Origin: Candidatus Woesebacteria bacterium UBA5941
GTDB taxonomy: Bacteria > Patescibacteriota > Microgenomatia > UBA8517
Direction of reading: 5' to 3'
Length of the DNA: 61,340 nucleotides
Assembly (NCBI GenBank): GCA_002430735.1
Contig: DJCV01000004.1
Span: 25,747-87,086 of the forward strand
Below the pieces are notes generated by a model, which ran no database searches, was not told where the DNA came from, and was given only the letters and a program-made list of their open reading frames with translations. Made by a program: the position numbers and the translations under genes. Below, in pieces: positions 25,826 to 33,741 of this stretch (positions are counted from its first letter, which is position 1; every line of letters starts with the position of its first letter).

Positions 25826-26920
25826 TTAAATGCGCACTGGCATTATTAAGTGAAGAAAACTGGGGTCTTTTGGATCTAAGAATAAACAAGGTGCCGTTGC
25901 ATCAGTTCCTTTTATCTCAACACTCTCCCCAGAAATAACAGTTAAGACTTCTTCTACGAAACGAAAATTAAACGACAGCTCCATTTTTTCTCCCTCTACT
26001 TTTGCAGGGATAGAAAGTGTTTCATTTCCAGAACGATTACTTTCAGCAGAAACCACTAATTCATTCTCCCCGATCGTTAATTTAATAGTGTTTGCATTGT
26101 CTCTCGCAAAGATAGAAGAGAGTTTAACTGCACGCATAAGTTCCTCTTTTGAAACATTGACACTAACCTTAGGAGCTTTCGGAATAATTCTTTCAAAATT
26201 AGGGAACTCCCCTTCTATGACCCGGCTTCCTAAAACCATCTGAGGAAGACCAAATAATACTTGGTTCTCAGTCGGTCGTATATCAAAGGCAATATCGTTG
26301 CCAACAGAAAGACGAGGAAGTTCTGACAACACTCGTTTCGGAATGATCAATCGAGTGTCTTCGTGATTCGTTTCAACTTCACACCGTTTTTGAGAAAGGC
26401 GGAACCCATCGGTCGCAACCAAAATCATTTCGTTCTTTCTTAGTAAAAACAAAACTCCGGTAATTGTTGGTCTCGCTTCGTCTGTTGATGCGGCAAATAA
26501 AACTTTTGTTAGTGCAGGGATAAATACGCGCGTCTGGATTCGCAAAACGTTCTCAGGGAGCTCTGTCGTAACGTTTGGGTAATCGGATGCGTTCATACTA
26601 TTCACCGCACTCCTAAAGCCTTCAGATGAAACCGTAATTACTTCTCCAACCGTTTCCAAATCGACATTCTCCCCTCCTAAGTTTCCAATTAACTCGGTAA
26701 ATGTTTTGGCCGGTACCGCAATAGTTCCATCCTCCGTTACTTTCGCACCGAGTTGAGCAGATAATGACACTTCCAAATCTGTCGCAAGGATTTCAATTTT
26801 TGTTTTATTGGCTTTTAAAACGATATTCCCGAGAATGGGAAGATTTGCGCGGGTTGCAACGAAACGTGAAGAAACAGAAAGTGTTTTTGCAAAGTCGCGA
26901 GTAAGAAGCGTTACCTTCAT
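25826..26920 (-). CDS. dnaN: DNA polymerase III beta sliding clamp
   Basis: 364 aa. MKVTLLTRDFAKTLSVSSRFVATRANLPILGNIVLKA...ILATDLEVSL, three-domain length, located immediately downstream of dnaA. Confidence 0.9.
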   Translation of the reverse strand: MKVTLLTRDFAKTLSVSSRFVATRANLPILGNIVLKANKTKIEILATDLEVSLSAQLGAKVTEDGTIAVPAKTFTELIGNLGGENVDLETVGEVITVSSEGFRSAVNSMNASDYPNVTTELPENVLRIQTRVFIPALTKVLFAASTDEARPTITGVLFLLRKNEMILVATDGFRLSQKRCEVETNHEDTRLIIPKRVLSELPRLSVGNDIAFDIRPTENQVLFGLPQMVLGSRVIEGEFPNFERIIPKAPKVSVNVSKEELMRAVKLSSIFARDNANTIKLTIGENELVVSAESNRSGNETLSIPAKVEGEKMELSFNFRFVEEVLTVISGESVEIKGTDATAPCLFLDPKDPSFLHLIMPVRI

Positions 26921-27263
26921 AGTTCAACCGAGTATAACCTAGGAGTGTTCATTTGAACAGACAAACGATATTGTTTTTCATCTCGTAATGATTAATCACT
27001 ATTAGATTTGAACCAGTGAATTATAAAAATGCATTATCCACTTATCCAGTTTTAACGCCAATTGTGTGTATGTGTGTTTCTTTCATTTAATTAAATAGTA
27101 GAAGTAGTAGTAGTAACGGTGGATATGTGTATATCACTCCCGTAGTTGAGCTAACAGATTGCTGTTGATAACAGCCGTAAACGAGTTGTTGATGGATTTG
27201 TGGATAATGTAGTTTTCACAGTGGATAAGTGGAGAACATAGTTTATCCGTGCGGTTTATCCAC
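26921..27263. promoter_or_regulatory. Chromosomal replication origin (oriC): DnaA-box cluster, DnaA-trio-like run and AT-rich unwinding region
   Basis: DnaA boxes: 27034-27042 TTATCCACT, 27042-27050 TTATCCAGT, 27118-27126 GGTGGATAT, 27163-27171 TGTTGATAA, 27199-27207 TGTGGATAA (perfect), 27220-27228 AGTGGATAA, 27256-27264 TTATCCACT. Trio run TAGTAGAAGTAGTAGTAGTAA at 27096-27116, preceded by tttcatttaattaaa. Confidence 0.8.
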
Positions 27264-28643
27264 TTAGACTAATGACTTTATCCGCTCAATATCCGCTCTC
27301 GTATCCGCATCATTTGAGAGTAAACTCGTAATCTTATCCACACCGTGCATTACGGTTGAATGGTCTCTCCCTCCTAGTATTTGTCCTAACTCTTCATAAG
27401 GAAGTTTCATCTCAACACGTAGTATGTACATAAGTATTTGCCGTGGGAATGCAATCATTTTTGAACGTTCCTTGCCCAGAATTGAACGTTTGCTGACTGA
27501 ATAGTGCTTACAAACGGCATCGATCACTTTATCTGTTGAGAACAATTTCACGACCTCAGTAACATCACTATCCCCTTTCTTTAAAATCTTTTTAAGTAGT
27601 TCTTCATTTACTTCCGCTTTGTTCAGTTTGATTTCAGAAGAAAGTCTTGTGAGAAATCCTTCAATGGCACGTGCTGAATCTATGTTTCCTGCAATAACGT
27701 GCACTAATGACTCGCTCAGGTCAATCCCTTTTTGTTCACTCTTAATTTGAACGATAGCGCACCTGAGTTCAAAATCCGGTGGTGAGATGTCTACAATTAA
27801 TCCTGCCTCAAACCTGCTCCGCAATCGATCTTCAAGTTTTTGTATTTCACTTGGTGGGCGATCACTAGTCATAATAATCTGTCCCCCGGCTGAGGTAACT
27901 GCATTAAACGTGTGGAAAAACTCTTCCTGCGCAGTATCTTTTCCTGCAATAAATTGAATATCGTCAATAAAAAGTGCATCAAGTTTTCGATACTTATCTC
28001 GTACAGATTGTGTGTTCTTATTGCGAATTCCTGAGACGATATCATTGGTAAAGTCTTCCCCAGTACACGCAAGTATTCGCGCATCAAGTTTCTTCTTGAG
28101 GATGTTAATGCCGACAGCATGCATTAGGTGAGTCTTGCCAACCCCTACTCCGCCCCAGATAAAAAGTGGATTATACGCATACCCTGGGGTAATGCTCACT
28201 GCCTCAGCCGCGGCCCAGGCAAGTTGATTACTCCCAGAAACGGCGAAATCTTCGAATGTGAAGTTTGGTCTAATCTGTGCTCTTACTATCTTTGACATAA
28301 CGTCGTCAGTCATAGATCGTTGTTCTTCAAAAAGAGGTGCAGGGGCAGCTTCTGTATTTGTTTTCAACTTCTCTGGATCAGTTTTAATGATGAATGTTAA
28401 ATCGCATGGAGCTCCAATTGTTTTGATAAGTGCATCTTGAATGAGACCGAAATAGCGTTCTTCTATAAACTGTCGCGACATTGCAGTTTCGCATCCGACT
28501 TCCGCGATATACCGCTTTGCATCAACCTTACGGATTGATGCTAAATGGGTTTTCCCAAACCAGGTTGTGAATGTTGCTGCGGTAACGGAGACCTTCAAAC
28601 TTTGAAGAACTTCCTGCCACACTTGTTGTTTATCAATTTTCAT
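27264..28643 (-). CDS. dnaA: Chromosomal replication initiator DnaA
   Basis: 459 aa. Walker A GGVGVGKTHLMHA, FIDDIQF, and a C-terminal DnaA-box-binding helix-turn-helix ...GRDHSTVMHGVDKI. Confidence 0.95.
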   Translation of the reverse strand: MKIDKQQVWQEVLQSLKVSVTAATFTTWFGKTHLASIRKVDAKRYIAEVGCETAMSRQFIEERYFGLIQDALIKTIGAPCDLTFIIKTDPEKLKTNTEAAPAPLFEEQRSMTDDVMSKIVRAQIRPNFTFEDFAVSGSNQLAWAAAEAVSITPGYAYNPLFIWGGVGVGKTHLMHAVGINILKKKLDARILACTGEDFTNDIVSGIRNKNTQSVRDKYRKLDALFIDDIQFIAGKDTAQEEFFHTFNAVTSAGGQIIMTSDRPPSEIQKLEDRLRSRFEAGLIVDISPPDFELRCAIVQIKSEQKGIDLSESLVHVIAGNIDSARAIEGFLTRLSSEIKLNKAEVNEELLKKILKKGDSDVTEVVKLFSTDKVIDAVCKHYSVSKRSILGKERSKMIAFPRQILMYILRVEMKLPYEELGQILGGRDHSTVMHGVDKITSLLSNDADTRADIERIKSLV

Positions 28644-28685
28644 GGAACAAAAAAAAGACTGGGGGCAGTAGTTACTTGTAACAAG

Positions 28686-28694
28686 TTATCCACA
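28686..28694 (+). promoter_or_regulatory. Perfect DnaA box TTATCCACA in the dnaA/rpmH divergent promoter region (likely dnaA autoregulation)
   Basis: acaagTTATCCACAatggg, 43 nt upstream of the dnaA start codon. Confidence 0.6.
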
Positions 28695-28779
28695 ATGGGT
28701 CAACTGCATATTTATGGAGAAAACATATACATAAGGCGAGCAAAAGCAGCCTCCCCTTTGAATATCAGCGGAAATTTTG

Positions 28780-28785
28780 TATAAT
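28780..28785 (+). promoter_or_regulatory. -10 hexamer TATAAT 6 nt upstream of the rpmH ATG (leaderless-type arrangement)
   Basis: ttttgTATAATtcacccATG. Confidence 0.4.
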
Positions 28786-28791
28786 TCACCC

Positions 28792-28932
28792 ATGGCAATG
28801 AAAAGAACCTATCAACCAAGCAAGCGAAAACGCGTACGAGTGCATGGATTTCGAAAGCGAATGGCAACAGCAACTGGTCGACGAGTCATTAAAGAGAGAC
28901 GCGCACGTGGTCGAAAGAAGCTCACAGTCTAA
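28792..28932 (+). CDS. rpmH: 50S ribosomal protein L34
   Basis: Own translation: [46 protein letters not shown] (46 aa, too short for the ORF track). The stop overlaps the rnpA ATG (TAATG). Confidence 0.95.
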   Translation: MAMKRTYQPSKRKRVRVHGFRKRMATATGRRVIKERRARGRKKLTV

Positions 28933-29276
28933 TGCTTGCTAAAGTATTTCGTTTAACTTCACAAAAGGATTTTTCTCTCGTTAAAGAAAAAGGTCGTATT
29001 ACTCATTCCTCAAATTTTTCTTTGAGTGTATATCCTCGCAATGATAGCGAACCGAGTCGATTTGGCTTTATTATTCCCAACAAAGTTGTTCCATTGGCTC
29101 ACGACAGAAACCGAATTAAACGAGTTTTAAGTGAAGGAACACGCTTTCAACTCACCTTTGTTGCTCCTGGATTTGATTGTGTGTTTTTACCAAAAGCTTC
29201 AATTTTAAGAGCATATACTGCTGACGTTATGAAAGAAGTTGGCGAAGCCTTTCGCAACGCTTCGATTATTAAATAA
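28932..29276 (+). CDS. rnpA: Ribonuclease P protein component
   Basis: 114 aa, basic. ...FGFIIPNKVVPLAHDRNRIKRVL... Canonical rpmH-rnpA-yidD-yidC order. Confidence 0.85.
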   Translation: MLAKVFRLTSQKDFSLVKEKGRITHSSNFSLSVYPRNDSEPSRFGFIIPNKVVPLAHDRNRIKRVLSEGTRFQLTFVAPGFDCVFLPKASILRAYTADVMKEVGEAFRNASIIK

Positions 29277-29286
29277 GTAAAACGCT

Positions 29287-29499
29287 GTGTATACGATACT
29301 GCTACGATTCTACAAAGCAACTTTTTCTTGGTTGCTTGTGTTTTTAACTGGTACTGGATGTCGCTTTACTCCAACGTGTTCTGAATATTGTTCACAAGCT
29401 CTAACCAAGCACGGCTTTCTGAAAGGGACAACACTTTCTATTCGGCGAATTGCACGCTGTCATCCGTGGGGTGGTAGTGGCTATGACCCGGTAAAGTAA
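29287..29499 (+). CDS. yidD: Membrane protein insertion efficiency factor YidD
   Basis: [45 protein letters not shown] is the YidD signature. Confidence 0.9.
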   Translation: MYTILLRFYKATFSWLLVFLTGTGCRFTPTCSEYCSQALTKHGFLKGTTLSIRRIARCHPWGGSGYDPVK

Positions 29500-29532
29500 A
29501 CACTCCACTCTGCCGATTTTTTAAAAATCCTG

Positions 29533-29538
29533 TACAAT
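29533..29538 (+). promoter_or_regulatory. -10 hexamer TACAAT 8 nt upstream of the yidC ATG
   Basis: cctgTACAATcagaagtcATG. Confidence 0.35.
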
Positions 29539-29546
29539 CAGAAGTC

Positions 29547-30368
29547 ATGGGAGAACTTTTTAGCGCACTACTTACTCAACCGCTCGCAAACGGACTGATC
29601 GTTTTCTATCGTCTTTTAGGGAGCAATATGGGCCTTGCGATCATTGGATTTTCTCTGTTTCTTCGCGTAGTTCTTACTCCCCTTACGAAACCTGCAACCG
29701 ACAACATGAAGAAAATTCGTGAGATTCAACCACAGTTGAAAAAACTCCAAAAGAAATACGGTAGTGATAAACAAGGCTATTTAAAAGCACAAGCTGAGGT
29801 ATATAAACAGAATGGTATTAATCCAACTGCAGGATGTTTGCCTCAAATTCTGCAGCTCCTCGTTTTAATCGCGCTGTATCAGGCGTTTCAATTGCTCCTT
29901 GCAGGTCATGGATCGGTTCCTGATGCCTTTAATAATCTTCTCTATACACCTGTTAAGTTTGCGGAAGGTGCAATGCTTAATACAAGATTTTTGTATCTTG
30001 ATGTTACTGCTCCTGATGTGTTCCGTGTTCCTGGTATCTCATTTGCACTTCCAGGTTTATTAGTCATTCTCTCTGCATTGGTTCAATTCCTTTCAGCCAA
30101 AATTTCTATGCCATACGTCGCGCAAGAAGAACAAGTTGCAAAGAAAACAAAGGGTGAAGCAGATGATATGGCAACCGCAATGCAATCCTCTATGATTTAT
30201 ACCTTTCCGCTTATGACACTTCTTATTGGGGTAAGTTTTCCGTCAGGGCTTGCCCTCTACTGGCTCGTATTCTCACTGTTCCAAGGTTGGCAACAATATC
30301 GATCCTTTGGTTGGGGTGGATTAACTCCATGGGTAGCAAAGGCTAAAGCCCTTCGTGCCAAAGCATAA
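29547..30368 (+). CDS. yidC: Membrane protein insertase YidC/Oxa1 family (short form)
   Basis: 273 aa. ...PTAGCLPQILQLLVLIALYQ...SGLALYWLVFSLFQGWQQY. Follows yidD. Confidence 0.9.
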   Translation: MGELFSALLTQPLANGLIVFYRLLGSNMGLAIIGFSLFLRVVLTPLTKPATDNMKKIREIQPQLKKLQKKYGSDKQGYLKAQAEVYKQNGINPTAGCLPQILQLLVLIALYQAFQLLLAGHGSVPDAFNNLLYTPVKFAEGAMLNTRFLYLDVTAPDVFRVPGISFALPGLLVILSALVQFLSAKISMPYVAQEEQVAKKTKGEADDMATAMQSSMIYTFPLMTLLIGVSFPSGLALYWLVFSLFQGWQQYRSFGWGGLTPWVAKAKALRAKA

Positions 30369-30400
30369 CCTCATTTCTTCTTACAAGTTAATAAAACCTG

Positions 30401-30409
30401 TGATACAAT
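30401..30409 (+). promoter_or_regulatory. Extended -10 element TGaTACAAT 9 nt upstream of the jag ATG
   Basis: cctgTGaTACAATagcctcgctATG. Confidence 0.4.
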
Positions 30410-30418
30410 AGCCTCGCT

Positions 30419-30886
30419 ATGGCAAGTGCTATTGAAAAAACATTAGTCGAATTAACTGACAAACTCATTCAGTTGACCGGAATTCAAGCGGTTGTTACCG
30501 TGACTGAAGAAACTTCAGAAGAAGGTGCAACGTACCACGTCGTCATTGAAAGTGAGAAGGAAGCGGGCCTTCTGATTGGAGCGCATGGTCAAACTCTCGC
30601 TGCTATCCAGTCGTTCCTTGGAATGGCATTAAGAACTCGAACCGGAGAGTGGCATCGCGTGGTACTTGATGTTTCAGGTTGGCGACAAAAACATGAAGAA
30701 TATCTTCTTTCACTCGCGAAGCAAGCAGCTGACCGAGCCAAGCAGACTCATGAAGCCCAATATTTATACAACTTAACACCTGACCAAAGACGCGTTATTC
30801 ACACAGCACTCTCTGAAATGAAGGGTGTTATTAGTGAATCTGAAGGTGAAGGTGCCGATCGATATCTCATTGTTAAGCCAGAGTGA
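30419..30886 (+). CDS. jag: Jag/SpoIIIJ-associated KH + R3H RNA-binding protein
   Basis: KH-like LIGAHGQTLAAIQSFL and R3H-like LTPDQRRVIHTALSEMKGV. Downstream of yidC. Confidence 0.8.
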   Translation: MASAIEKTLVELTDKLIQLTGIQAVVTVTEETSEEGATYHVVIESEKEAGLLIGAHGQTLAAIQSFLGMALRTRTGEWHRVVLDVSGWRQKHEEYLLSLAKQAADRAKQTHEAQYLYNLTPDQRRVIHTALSEMKGVISESEGEGADRYLIVKPE

Positions 30887-32124
30887 GCTTCTTAAAACGA
30901 TTTTTTCTTGTTCTTCTTATCCTATTACTTCCTAGTCAGTTAGGTTTTCATTTTTGGCCTTCATGGTCACTCGTTTCAGGCATTCGAGTGGACTACTTGT
31001 CTCCCACTGTGTATCTCACGGACGTAATAAGTGTGATACTTGTCATGCTCTTTCGAGATGAAGTGCAGTTGATACCTTCAAAACTCTCACTCAACACAAA
31101 AAAGAAATTGATTGTTCTTGGACTTTTTATTGCACTCAATATCGTTTTTTCAACAATTCCTGCGTTATCTCTCTACCGCTGGCTGCGAATATCTTTGTAT
31201 ATTCTCCTTGCATCACTCCTTTTGACAGAGAGAAAAGTAGTAAGAGCGCTGTTTGTAAATTCCATTCCAGTCACCCTCTTCTGGACTTGTGTGCTCGCAT
31301 TATTCCAAATTGCACAACGTGGCTCTTTAAATGGTGTTTTATATTGGCTTGGAGAACGACGGTTTACGGTAGAAACCCCTGGTATTGCGTTGTCAAAACT
31401 CATGCCGTTTGTATCATTGCGCCCGTACGCAACGCTTCCCCATCCGAATGTGCTCGCCGGCGTGATACTTGTGTTATGGCTTATGTGGGTGATCCTTCAT
31501 AAGAATAAAACAGGGCGGTTTTGGTATATAACCTGTTTGGTTGCTGTTGTCATCCTCTTTACTGAGTCCTATTCGGCATGGCTCGCGATCGGATTTTGCG
31601 GATTATTTTTTCTTTTTGCCAAAGTGAAGGTAGGTATGAGCACGTATTTACAAAAAGTACTCCTACTGTGTGTGGTCTTTGTATCCCTTCTCTCACCCAT
31701 TCTCTTTTCTTTCGCGTCCATTGATGTCGGCTCACGCATTGGGAAAAACACAAGAGAGCGAATTGCATTAGCTATTGAGGCCGGGTTTATCGGTTCACAA
31801 TCACCCGTTCTCGGATCTGGATTAGGCACATTTGTAACAAAAATTCCTGGAGCGCTAGAAATAGTCCCTCAAACGTTTATAACAGGAGTAACGTCGCTAT
31901 TGCAGCCTGTTCATAACATTCCACTGCTCGTTTTTGCGGAAATGGGAGGACTGGGGATCTTGTTATGTATATCACTATTCTTCTCTATTCCATTTACTGC
32001 CCCGGTTATTGCAATTCTTGTCATCTCTTTGTTTGATCATTATTGGATGACACTCAATCAACCGCTCCTTGTTCTCCTCTTTCTCTTCGTGCTTCATCCC
32101 TACCTGACGAAGCCTAAACCTTAA
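30883..32124 (+). CDS. O-antigen ligase/polymerase-like (Wzy_C family) polytopic membrane protein
   Basis: 413 aa with about 10 TM segments and a large loop. ...LLQPVHNIPLLVFAEMGGLGILL matches the Wzy_C H-N...E.G motif. Confidence 0.65.
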   Translation: MSFLKRFFLVLLILLLPSQLGFHFWPSWSLVSGIRVDYLSPTVYLTDVISVILVMLFRDEVQLIPSKLSLNTKKKLIVLGLFIALNIVFSTIPALSLYRWLRISLYILLASLLLTERKVVRALFVNSIPVTLFWTCVLALFQIAQRGSLNGVLYWLGERRFTVETPGIALSKLMPFVSLRPYATLPHPNVLAGVILVLWLMWVILHKNKTGRFWYITCLVAVVILFTESYSAWLAIGFCGLFFLFAKVKVGMSTYLQKVLLLCVVFVSLLSPILFSFASIDVGSRIGKNTRERIALAIEAGFIGSQSPVLGSGLGTFVTKIPGALEIVPQTFITGVTSLLQPVHNIPLLVFAEMGGLGILLCISLFFSIPFTAPVIAILVISLFDHYWMTLNQPLLVLLFLFVLHPYLTKPKP

Positions 32125-32196
32125 CAGATTACGTATCTGGTACAATTGCCCAGTTTTTTGTTGGCACCTTATATCTTTAGTGAGAGGACACTTTGT

Positions 32197-32493
32197 ATGG
32201 ACCAGCTTGGGCATTTGCCTATCATAGATCAGTTCCTTGTGAGGCTTATCGTATGGTTTAGCCAATATATCGGATTACCCCATGCGATTCATGTTGTTGG
32301 TCTCTTGTCATACACAGCGGTTCAAGCGTATATGAAAGATACGAAGACACTTGTAGTGAGTGACGCGCTCAGGTCTCTCTTGTCTCTTACTCATACTGCA
32401 GTGACGGACAAAGAGAAACTGGATGCTTTATTAGCGCTTCCTGGTCGTTTTATCTTGCAGGCGTTACTTTCCTTAAAAAGGGCGACTATTTAA
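32197..32493 (+). CDS. Hypothetical protein (the tracked ORF starts at TTG 32146; ATG 32197 is preferred)
   Basis: TGgTACAAT extended -10 at 32138-32146 and a GAGAGGA SD-like element at 32183-32189 precede ATG 32197. May be the 5' half of a split gene with the next ORF. Confidence 0.4.
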   Translation: MDQLGHLPIIDQFLVRLIVWFSQYIGLPHAIHVVGLLSYTAVQAYMKDTKTLVVSDALRSLLSLTHTAVTDKEKLDALLALPGRFILQALLSLKRATI

Positions 32494-32522
32494 ACGCAAC
32501 GAACGCTTTTAATAAGTCGCTA

Positions 32523-33098
32523 TTGTTTTATCCGTCACTCCCTCATTCTCAAAAGAAGTTACAGGAGGCAAAAATCGCTATGTCGCAACAACTAGCTTTG
32601 GGTCATGAGTATTTAGCGCAGGCACGTGCAGCACTTGAAAAAGGAAATTTAAACGAGGCTCGCTCTCTTGCTGCAGTTGCGCTCGGCTTTGCACCTTGTT
32701 TACAAGATGCAAACTTGCTGGGTACGTTTATTACGGCCTTTGAAGTAATTCACACATTGATAGATGAGAAGAAATGGGATCAAGCTCTTACTGTCATTGG
32801 AGCCAACGTCCCGCTGTACAAAGGACCTGAGCAGCAACAGTTGCTCTTTCTGGAGAAAAAAACAACAGCCATGAAATACCTTCACGATAAAGCCGGGTGG
32901 TACCTTGAATTAGCCTATCGATATCAAGCTCGGTACCGAATTGATCGGGCGTATTGGTATGCACTTTTAAGTGGTCTGTATAAAAACACCGCGGAAGCAC
33001 ACCGCATTATAACTAGGCTCGCAGATTACATACCTGAGTCATATCGGGTGGACTGCTGGGAGTCGATTGCGCTCTATATAAAGCGCGAGTTCCCGTAA
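32523..33098 (+). CDS. Hypothetical protein with TPR-like N-terminal repeat
   Basis: The frame is open upstream of the assigned TTG start. Upstream in-frame translation gives ...GVTFLKKGDYLNATNAFNKSLLFYPSLPH, which is TPR-like. Confidence 0.45.
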   Translation: MFYPSLPHSQKKLQEAKIAMSQQLALGHEYLAQARAALEKGNLNEARSLAAVALGFAPCLQDANLLGTFITAFEVIHTLIDEKKWDQALTVIGANVPLYKGPEQQQLLFLEKKTTAMKYLHDKAGWYLELAYRYQARYRIDRAYWYALLSGLYKNTAEAHRIITRLADYIPESYRVDCWESIALYIKREFP

Positions 33099-33109
33099 CA
33101 ACTGGTTTA

Positions 33110-33140
33110 GAGGGGATTATTCGTAGTCCCCTCCTTTTTA
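33110..33140 (+). terminator. Rho-independent terminator
   Basis: GAGGGGA-ttattcgtag-TCCCCTC followed by CTTTTTATT. Confidence 0.6.
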
Positions 33141-33166
33141 TTGCTGACAAAATAGAAGGGCTTGGG

Positions 33167-33172
33167 TACAAT
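33167..33172 (+). promoter_or_regulatory. -10 hexamer TACAAT 10 nt upstream of the RNase H ATG
   Basis: cttgggTACAATtgcctaacttATG. The same GGTACAATTGCC core occurs at 32139-32150. Confidence 0.4.
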
Positions 33173-33182
33173 TGCCTAACTT

Positions 33183-33602
33183 ATGCACATCGTTATTCAC
33201 ACAGATGGTGGTTCACGAGGAAACCCTGGTCCAGCCGCCTCAGCATTCACCGTTCATACCCCGCAGAACGAACTCATTCATGAAGAAAGTCTCTTTCTCG
33301 GAGATACAACTAATAATGTTGCAGAATACACCGCTCTTCGAATGGCATGTGAATGGGCAGTATCCCAGAAAGACCTTGGCATTACGACGTGTGACATCTT
33401 GATGGACTCAGAGCTTGTTGTAAAGCAAATGCGTGGAGAATATAAAATTAAAGACCAAACACTGCTCTCTATCGCAACGGAGATTAAACGCATCTTAAAA
33501 ACAGCGCCTTTTTCTGTTTCGTTTGTTCATGTCAGACGTGCAGAAAATGCTCACGCAGATCAATTGGTGAACGCGGTAATGGACCGAAATATTGGCCACT
33601 AG
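33183..33602 (+). CDS. rnhA: Ribonuclease H (RNase HI-type fold)
   Basis: IHTDGGSRGNPGPAA...NNVAEYTALRMACEWA...DSELVVKQMRGEYKIKD...RRAENAHADQLVN carries the DEDD catalytic pattern. Confidence 0.8.
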   Translation: MHIVIHTDGGSRGNPGPAASAFTVHTPQNELIHEESLFLGDTTNNVAEYTALRMACEWAVSQKDLGITTCDILMDSELVVKQMRGEYKIKDQTLLSIATEIKRILKTAPFSVSFVHVRRAENAHADQLVNAVMDRNIGH

Positions 33603-33741
33603 TCTTCCACGGGAAATTGAGGAATTGTACCCGTGTAACCTCTTTCAAACTTCCCCGCGGGATACAGTAAAATTACGACAATAAGATTCATGTGCTGGCA
33701 ACGTGAGGTTTTCACCGAAAGCTGCATGATAAACTTGATCA

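Noticed and set aside
27096-27116. Short tandem repeat TAGTAGAAGTAGTAGTAGTAA, considered as a microsatellite or CRISPR-like repeat
   Set aside because: It is only 21 nt with trinucleotide periodicity. It lies next to a DnaA box inside the dnaA-dnaN spacer, so it is better explained as a DnaA-trio element of oriC. No CRISPR-like repeat-spacer array was seen anywhere in the window.
2616-30886. Alternative genetic code (UGA recoding, as in some CPR lineages)
   Set aside because: TGA terminates well-defined genes at the expected ends, for example pilin P1 at 2616-2618 and jag at 30884-30886. Conserved proteins (DnaA, GroEL, ValRS, TsaD) read through at full length with the standard code.
32139-33177. 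Repeated GGTACAATTGCC at 32139-32150 and 33165-33176, considered as inverted or direct repeats of a mobile element flanking 32146-33098
   Set aside because: The repeat is only 12 nt and both copies coincide with TGn/TACAAT -10 promoter elements directly upstream of genes. No transposase lies between them.
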